DNA of 64,000 bases from Rickettsiales bacterium (GTDB taxonomy: Bacteria; Pseudomonadota; Alphaproteobacteria; Methylaequorales; Methylaequoraceae). Of this stretch, positions 58,385 to 64,000 are shown in pieces (positions within the stretch are counted from its first letter, which is position 1; each line of letters opens with the position of its first letter). The DNA lies in contig NZFP01000015.1 in assembly GCA_002689325.1 (NCBI GenBank), forward strand, positions 17,967-81,966. Reading direction: 5' to 3'. Made by a program: the position numbers and the translations under genes. The notes under the pieces were generated by a model that saw only the letters and a list, made by a program, of their open reading frames with translations, was not told where the DNA came from and ran no database searches.

Positions 58385-59375
58385 TTAGTCTCTTTTTCTT
58401 ACCACTAAGTCAGGAAGGGCTTTTCCTTTAGCAAAAAATAAAATATTTTTAAGTACCCTTTCACCCATTGCTTCTCGGCTCTGACTTGTTGCAGAACTGA
58501 TGTGAGGAAGTAGAACAACATTGTCTGATTCAAAAAGTTTTTGAGTAATTTGTGGTTCATGTTCAAATACATCAAGCCCTGCGCCACCAAGTTTTTTTTT
58601 TAACAAGAAAATCAGCTAAGGATTCCTCATCGATTATTTCCCCTCTAGATGTATTAATAACAATACAGTTTTTCTTTAATAGTCGTAGTCTCCTTTTTGA
58701 CAATAAATGAAAAGTTTCAGGAGTATAAGGACAATGAATTGAAAGCACATCAATATGAGTGAGCATTTTATCTAAATCTTTCCAGTAGTTTGCATCATAT
58801 ATTTTTTCTATTGTTTTATTTAGCTTTTTTCTATTATGATAATGTATTTCCATACCTAAGACTTTTAATCTTTTTGCGACAGCTAACCCAATTCTTCCCA
58901 TACCTATAATACCAATCTTTTTTCCCAGAACCCTCTCTCCTAGTGTTTCGCTTGGCCCCCAACCACTCCATTCTCCTTTTATTATTCTTTCTCTAGCAAC
59001 TAAAATTTTTCTGCAAATCATCAGTAGCATAGTTAAAACGACATCAGCCGTATCGTCAGTCAGAACATCTGGGGTATTTGTTACTTTTATTTTTTTTTCA
59101 TTCGCTGTAATTAAATCTAAATTATCTACGCCATTGCCAAAGTTAGATATTAGCTTAAGTTTTTTTCCTGCTTTAATGATTGAGGCGTCTATTGTATCTG
59201 AAATACAGGGAATCAGTATATCTATATTCTCAATTTTTTTTTTTAAATCTTTATAAGAATATTTCTTATCATTTTTGTTTGGTACAACTGAAAAATTTTC
59301 TTCTAGCTTTTTTTCTATTTTTTCTGGTAATTTCCTAGTTATGAGAACTTTTATTTGTTTAAAATTCTTTATCAT
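58385..59375 (-). pseudogene. D-2-hydroxyacid dehydrogenase (glyoxylate/hydroxypyruvate reductase-like) with a frameshift in an A10 tract
   Basis: The N-terminal ORF (58572-59375) carries GIIGMGRIG and ends ...NTSRGEIIDEESLADFLVKKKTWWRRA*. The C-terminal ORF (58385-58606) begins ...LGGAGLDVFEHEP...LLPHISSAT. The frames switch at the homopolymer 58592-58601; nine A instead of ten would restore VKKKLGGAGLDVF. Confidence 0.8.
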
Positions 59376-59808
59376 ATCGTTAATTATATTAACTATAGCA
59401 TTTAATAGAGTCGATGCTTCGAAAAAAAATAAATATTTGACTACCCGTTATGACAAAGTAAATGTAAGAAATGGTCCAGGACTTAACAACCTTATTCTTT
59501 TTAAAATTCTTAAGAAAGGGTACCCATTACTTGTCATTGAAAAATTTGAGAACTGGTATCGTGTCATTGATTTTAATGATAATAAAGGCTGGATATCAAA
59601 AACTCAACTTTCAAATGATCCTTTTGTAATTATGATAAATGGCTCAGAAAAAATTTTAAAATTTCCAAACTATAATTCAAAGGTATTAGCATTAGTGAGA
59701 ATGAATTATATTTTTAAACTAGAAAAATGTAGAAAGAAGTGGTGCAAAGTGTCAAGTGATAAAATTAGGGGGTGGGTCCCAAAAAAAAGTCTGTGGGGTG
59801 TAGACTAA
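59341..59808 (+). CDS. Secreted bacterial SH3-domain protein (DUF1058-like)
   Basis: Start set at MRTFICLKFFIISLIILTIAFNRVDA (signal peptide), followed by two SH3b-like units (VNVRNGPG...NWYRV...GWI; ...KWCKV...RGWV). Confidence 0.75.
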   Translation: MRTFICLKFFIISLIILTIAFNRVDASKKNKYLTTRYDKVNVRNGPGLNNLILFKILKKGYPLLVIEKFENWYRVIDFNDNKGWISKTQLSNDPFVIMINGSEKILKFPNYNSKVLALVRMNYIFKLEKCRKKWCKVSSDKIRGWVPKKSLWGVD

Positions 59809-59809
59809 T

Positions 59810-60403
59810 TTATTCAATATCGAAATCCTTTTCTAATTCAGACTTTACTTCTAAAGATAACTCACTAAAGTGCTTGTAGTTTTTGTGATTAAAGCCTAGA
59901 AAGACCGTACTTTGATCTTTGACAAACTCTTTTATAAGACCTTCAGTAAAATCAAAATGTAAAAAATGAACTGAAGACGCCTTACCATCTTCACTTGTTC
60001 TATCTGTGTCTTGTTCTGGCCTAGACATAATCTTATGTTCACCTATTTGAATGAAAGTTTCTTCTTCAATCCCACCGACTGAATTCAAAAATTCTTTTCT
60101 TTTAAACTCATTATCTATCTCAAACATCAAGGTTGCAACTAGTTCTTTTCCTTTTGGAACAAGAGGATTGTATGCTTTCAATTCATCTTTCATCTGTTCG
60201 ATACCTCCCCTTTCTATATAAAGCATTTCTTGTACTTGATAAATCATTGTGTCATAGCACTCAAAATAAAAAGTAGCATAAGGACCCACAGGAATTCTTC
60301 TGAATTTTTTGATTTCAGAGATTTCCTTTTTTATCTTAGGTCTTTCTTTTATATACTTATCGATATTAATTACATCGCCTTCTTTGATGTTAAATTTTTT
60401 CAT
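59810..60403 (-). CDS. DUF3501 family protein
   Basis: 197 aa. The pattern and the location downstream of an HdrD-like Fe-S protein and rubrerythrin match my memory of the DUF3501 context. Confidence 0.6.
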   Translation of the reverse strand: MKKFNIKEGDVINIDKYIKERPKIKKEISEIKKFRRIPVGPYATFYFECYDTMIYQVQEMLYIERGGIEQMKDELKAYNPLVPKGKELVATLMFEIDNEFKRKEFLNSVGGIEEETFIQIGEHKIMSRPEQDTDRTSEDGKASSVHFLHFDFTEGLIKEFVKDQSTVFLGFNHKNYKHFSELSLEVKSELEKDFDIE

Positions 60404-61749
60404 TACTCCTCCATTAAGTTTATTGACATTGATTTAGCTAAAATCTCTAACGGATGCGACAATACCTTTACATTCTTAGAATTATCAATTTTATTTGCAC
60501 CTTGCTGAATATGAGTTCCTGCAAGAGGACATTCTGAGACAACGTATTCGTTTTCAAATTGGATTACTTTACGTGCAACTGGCTTACCAACTTTAATTGC
60601 CATTTCAAAGTTATTCTTTTTTATGCCCCATGAACCACCATGACCAGAACATCTTTCAATAACATCTAGCTTGAGTTTAGGTATGAGTCTTAATAATTCT
60701 GTTGCTTTTTGTCCTATATTTTGAGCTCGTGAGTGACAGGAAATATGAAGAGAAACATTATTTACCTTATCAACTGGCTTGAGAAGATGCTTATTTTCAT
60801 CAGTAATATTTTGAATAAGAAACTCACAAATATCTTTTGTGTTTTGTGATAACCTTTTTACATCAGTATTTTTTGGTAAAAGTAATGGCCATTCAAACTT
60901 TAGCATTAACGTACATGAGGGAACTATTGACAAAACTGTATACCCTTCATCAATAAAATTTTTAAGCTTTAAGCTCGTGTCTGAAGCTTTTTTTGAAACA
61001 GATTCGATATCCCCACCTTCGAGTTGGGGCATTCCACAACAACCACTGTAAAAAAATTCATTATGAATTTCTAATTTATCTAATATTTTTTTGGTAAGAA
61101 GACCAAGATCAGGGTTATTATAGTTTACGAAGCAAGTAGGAAAGATTACTACTTTTTCCTGATTTTTTTTTGCTTTGATTTTCTTGGTATCAACTTGGTC
61201 AATTAATGTTTTTTTATAAAACATAGGTAGTTCTGCTTCTTTATCTATTTTAAGAAGCATTTCCATAATTGGTCTTGTTATTTTATTTGATGTTTTGGTT
61301 GACCAATTTGCAAGGTTGGAAAATTTAGAAAAGAATTTTCCATTCCTGTCTGTTTTTGTAAGTTGATCATCAATTAGTTTATTTTTTCCCTTATTTCTCT
61401 CAGCAACTCTATATCTCAACATCAAATGTGGAAAATCAATGTTGAATTCGTGAGGAGGTACATAAGGGCATTTTGTCAGAAAGCACATATCACACAAAGT
61501 GCAAGCATCCACAACATCTTTAAACTTCTCGCTTGGAACGGTATCCAGTTCTCCTGATTTAGATTCGTCAATATAATCAAATAATTTTGGAAAACTTTCA
61601 CAGAGATTAAAGCATCTTCTGCATCCATGACAAATATCAAATACACGCCTTAGCTCATCGTCTAAAAGCTTTTCATCGACAAAGTTTGGGTTATTCCAAT
61701 CAATAGGGTGTCTAACTGGAGCCCCTAAGCTACCTTCTTTTGTTGACAT
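60403..61749 (-). CDS. HdrD/GlpC-like (Fe-S)-binding oxidoreductase with two CCG-type domains
   Basis: Two 4Fe-4S motifs (CHGCRRCFNLC..P; CTLCDMCFLTKCP) and cysteine-rich CCG-type motifs (SGCCGMP; CSGHGG). Confidence 0.8.
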   Translation of the reverse strand: MSTKEGSLGAPVRHPIDWNNPNFVDEKLLDDELRRVFDICHGCRRCFNLCESFPKLFDYIDESKSGELDTVPSEKFKDVVDACTLCDMCFLTKCPYVPPHEFNIDFPHLMLRYRVAERNKGKNKLIDDQLTKTDRNGKFFSKFSNLANWSTKTSNKITRPIMEMLLKIDKEAELPMFYKKTLIDQVDTKKIKAKKNQEKVVIFPTCFVNYNNPDLGLLTKKILDKLEIHNEFFYSGCCGMPQLEGGDIESVSKKASDTSLKLKNFIDEGYTVLSIVPSCTLMLKFEWPLLLPKNTDVKRLSQNTKDICEFLIQNITDENKHLLKPVDKVNNVSLHISCHSRAQNIGQKATELLRLIPKLKLDVIERCSGHGGSWGIKKNNFEMAIKVGKPVARKVIQFENEYVVSECPLAGTHIQQGANKIDNSKNVKVLSHPLEILAKSMSINLMEE

Positions 61750-61761
61750 AAAATATAAATA

Positions 61762-61783
61762 TTAGGGGAGATCACTCCCCTAA
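61762..61783 (-). terminator. GC-rich hairpin between rubrerythrin and the Fe-S gene (possible attenuating terminator or mRNA stabiliser)
   Basis: TTAGGGGAG-atca-CTCCCCTAA, a perfect 9 bp stem with a 4 nt loop. On the transcribed strand it is followed by an A/T-rich stretch ending in TTTT and then the next ATG at 61749. Confidence 0.5.
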
Positions 61784-61790
61784 TTTCCCA

Positions 61791-62204
61791 TTATATGTCG
61801 TCTAATGTTCTTTGAAATTTGCCTGCGTGAGACTTTTCAGCTTTAGCTAAAGTCTCAAACCAATCAGCTATCTCATCAAAACCTTCGTCTCTAGCAGTCT
61901 TGGCCATACCTGGGTACATGTCTGTATATTCATGAGTTTCCCCAGCTATTGCGGCTTTTAGATTTTCTGGAGTCGACCCAATTGGTTCTCCAGTTGCTGG
62001 ATCACCAACTTCTTCTAAAAACTCAAGATGGCCATGTGCATGACCAGTTTCGCCTTCGGCTGTGGACCTGAAAACAGCTGCGACGTCATTATGACCCTCT
62101 ACATCTGCTTTTTGGGCAAAATAAAGGTATCTTCTGTTTGCCTGAGATTCTCCAGCAAATGCTGCTTTCAAATTTTCCTCAGTTTTACTTCCTTTAAGTG
62201 ACAT
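61791..62204 (-). CDS. rbr: Rubrerythrin-family diiron protein without rubredoxin domain (erythrin type)
   Basis: Four-helix ExxH-type motifs ([25 protein letters not shown]). ATG at 62204 is preceded by GGGAGA. The ORF-track start is a TTG two codons upstream (62210). Confidence 0.88.
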   Translation of the reverse strand: MSLKGSKTEENLKAAFAGESQANRRYLYFAQKADVEGHNDVAAVFRSTAEGETGHAHGHLEFLEEVGDPATGEPIGSTPENLKAAIAGETHEYTDMYPGMAKTARDEGFDEIADWFETLAKAEKSHAGKFQRTLDDI

Positions 62205-62269
62205 AATCAATCTCCCATTAAAATTAAGAAATTTTAATATATTGTAAGTTAATTAAATTATCAAGGTTA

Positions 62270-62288
62270 AATTAGAATTATTCTAATT
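62270..62288. promoter_or_regulatory. Irr-box / iron control element (ICE)-like palindrome
   Basis: AATTAGAAT-T-ATTCTAATT is a perfect 9-1-9 inverted repeat. Its core TTAGAA-N3-TTCTAA matches the rhizobial ICE consensus TTTAGAA-N3-TTCTAAA. It lies 66-84 nt upstream of the rbr ATG. Confidence 0.6.
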
Positions 62289-62291
62289 TAA

Positions 62292-62310
62292 GATAATGAT
62301 TATTAATATC
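62292..62310. promoter_or_regulatory. Fur-box-like 19-mer
   Basis: GATAATGATTATTAATATC matches the classical Fur box GATAATGATAATCATTATC at 16 of 19 positions. It overlaps the stop codon of the Fur-family gene. Confidence 0.35.
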
Positions 62311-62722
62311 AGTCTGAAATATTTACAACTATCTCAACTGATTTTAATTTTTTTCCTTTAGGTATTTTAGGCAGATTTGTTATTTTGACATCTGAGTATT
62401 TAATATCGCTAAGTTTTTCTGTACTTTTGCAAAAAAAATGGTGATGTCCTTCGGTGTTGGTGTCAAAATAAACCTTATCACCTGACATCCTAACTGATTT
62501 TAAAATCTCATGTTTAGTAAATTGGTTAAGACAATTATATATAGTTGCTAGTGAAATATTATATTTATTCTTATTAACCTCTTTGTGAACGTCTTCAGCT
62601 GTAAAGTGATGATCTCCATTTTTAAATAGAATCTCAATTAATCTTGTTCTTTGAATTGTAAGTTTAAGTGGTGATTTTTTAAGATTATTTAAAGCTCTTG
62701 CAATATGTGGGTTCTTTTTCAT
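62309..62722 (-). CDS. irr: Fur-family regulator, Irr-like
   Basis: 137 aa with a winged-helix N-terminus and a DTNTEGHHHFF triple-His motif as in Irr. It lacks the paired CxxC zinc motifs of Fur/Zur. Confidence 0.65.
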   Translation of the reverse strand: MKKNPHIARALNNLKKSPLKLTIQRTRLIEILFKNGDHHFTAEDVHKEVNKNKYNISLATIYNCLNQFTKHEILKSVRMSGDKVYFDTNTEGHHHFFCKSTEKLSDIKYSDVKITNLPKIPKGKKLKSVEIVVNISD

Positions 62723-62751
62723 GATCGTATAATAAATGAAATTAAAAAAGA

Positions 62752-64000
62752 TTACAATCCCTTCATAATTCTATCAACTAGTTGATTTACCTTCGGGATA
62801 AATCCACCCTTATAAAAAGGATCCATTGCAAATCTATAAACCGAGTGACCAGCAAACATTAATTCGTTTTCAAGATTTGAAAGACCATGACTAATTTTTT
62901 GAAGAGTTTTTTGTATACAAAAGGATCTAGGGTCAGCTTTTTTACCAGTGGTTCCGCCTTCTTCTTGTGACCAATTACTAAATAAACATTGAGATAGACA
63001 ACCCATACAATCAATTTGATCCTTTACAATTTGACTTGCTTTTTTAATAGTAACCCATATTAATGTATTATTAGGTGTTGTCATAGGTTTTGAAAACCCT
63101 TTTTTAACCCACTCTACAATTCTTGGTTTATCAGAATTTTTTACATAGAAAGTCCTTTTTCTAGGCCCAATTTCAATCTTTTCATTAAACTCGTTTGTCT
63201 GCTCCTTGAGAAAGGGTGTTTGTCTTTGTGATCTCTCTTCAAGTTCAAGCAGAAACTTATTTTTGACAGCTGAAGAATAAAATCCTGTTGGACTAAATTT
63301 ATGAAGACTTACTTCACCTTTTTTAATCGTCATAAGTTTTTTTTTCCACGCCTCTGGTATTGGACTTTCTTTTGTTAGTAATGGCCTTGTACCAAATTGA
63401 AAGGCAATTTTTCCTATTTCATCATTATCAATCCAATCTTCCCACTCAGATAAATTCCATACTCCTCCAGCCATTATGATAGGTGTATCTTGAAGTTTAA
63501 ATTCATTCATCAAACTACGCAGGTCTCTTACACGATCATAAGGTGGTTGAGGTTTTAATGGATCTTCATTGTTTGACAGACCATTATGCCCTCCTGCTAA
63601 CCATGGATCTTCATAAACCACACCTCCTAGAAATTCCGAAGTTTTTCTGTAAGATCTTTTCCACAATGCATTGAAAGCCCTAGCAGAAGAAACAATTGGA
63701 TAGTAAAAAATACCATATTTTGCAGCTATATCTGATAACTTATAAGGCATTCCTGCACCACAAGTCACTCCGTCAATTATATCACTTGCCTTTTCCAGTG
63801 TTCTTGTCAATATTTCTTCAGCAGCAGCCATTTCCCATAAAATATTAATATGAATTGGAGCTTTTTTTCCTGCAATATCTCTGGCAATTCTTGCTTGCTC
63901 AATAGCTCCTGAAACTGAAAAATCAATTAATTCTTTATGTCTTCCTGACCTGGTTTTTTCTTTATAGATTTGAGGTATCAAATTTCCATTTTCATCATAA
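62752..64000 (-). CDS. Nitronate monooxygenase (2-nitropropane dioxygenase) family FMN enzyme, 5' end outside the window
   Basis: TIM-barrel NMO-like motifs (GVTCGAGMP, IIMAGGV). The frame stays open upstream of the TTG at 63981 to the window edge. Confidence 0.65.
   Translation of the reverse strand, partial: YDENGNLIPQIYKEKTRSGRHKELIDFSVSGAIEQARIARDIAGKKAPIHINILWEMAAAEEILTRTLEKASDIIDGVTCGAGMPYKLSDIAAKYGIFYYPIVSSARAFNALWKRSYRKTSEFLGGVVYEDPWLAGGHNGLSNNEDPLKPQPPYDRVRDLRSLMNEFKLQDTPIIMAGGVWNLSEWEDWIDNDEIGKIAFQFGTRPLLTKESPIPEAWKKKLMTIKKGEVSLHKFSPTGFYSSAVKNKFLLELEERSQRQTPFLKEQTNEFNEKIEIGPRKRTFYVKNSDKPRIVEWVKKGFSKPMTTPNNTLIWVTIKKASQIVKDQIDCMGCLSQCLFSNWSQEEGGTTGKKADPRSFCIQKTLQKISHGLSNLENELMFAGHSVYRFAMDPFYKGGFIPKVNQLVDRIMKGL

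Overview
This window is 64 kb of a visibly AT-rich, extremely compact alphaproteobacterial chromosome. The conserved gene orders are lptA-lptB-hpf-ptsN; aroA-cmk-rpsA-sppA-ihfB-(lapA)-pyrF-trpFBA-accD-folC; tsaE-amgK-murU; rpsT-(rhodanese)-dnaA-dnaN-recF-gyrB; and mutM/ubiE-coaBC-dut. Tiny spacers, many ATGA start/stop overlaps and long A/T homopolymers encoding poly-Lys/Phe suggest a streamlined SAR11/Pelagibacterales-like genome; this is inference, not a database hit. I can support about 80 protein genes and 2 tRNAs (Ala-GGC, Arg-UCG). I saw no rRNA, CRISPR array, transposase, integrase or phage genes, so this is mostly core housekeeping DNA rather than an accessory island. The most interesting points are: (1) a putative Irr regulator followed by an ICE-like palindrome, an erythrin-type rubrerythrin, a GC-rich hairpin, an HdrD/GlpC-like Fe-S protein and DUF3501, which looks like an uncharacterised iron/oxidative-stress redox module. 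(2) A permease-less regulatory PTS (hprK-rapZ-EIIA(Man)-HPr::EI fusion, plus ptsN left next to lptB/hpf with rpoN missing from its usual slot). (3) A type II NADH dehydrogenase with a C-terminal cyclic-nucleotide-binding domain. (4) Three interrupted genes: lapA-like at a T15 tract, a 2-hydroxyacid dehydrogenase at an A10 tract, and cbiX with one in-frame TAA. (5) Three conserved small ORFs below the ORF-track cutoff or frameshifted (entericidin-like lipoprotein, zf-CHCC protein, LapA-like). (6) A multi-stem terminator-like element containing an unusually strong SD and a 6-codon mini-ORF upstream of DUF2721 and a POT transporter. All functional calls rest on motifs I recognise in the translations and on remembered synteny. 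No searches were run.
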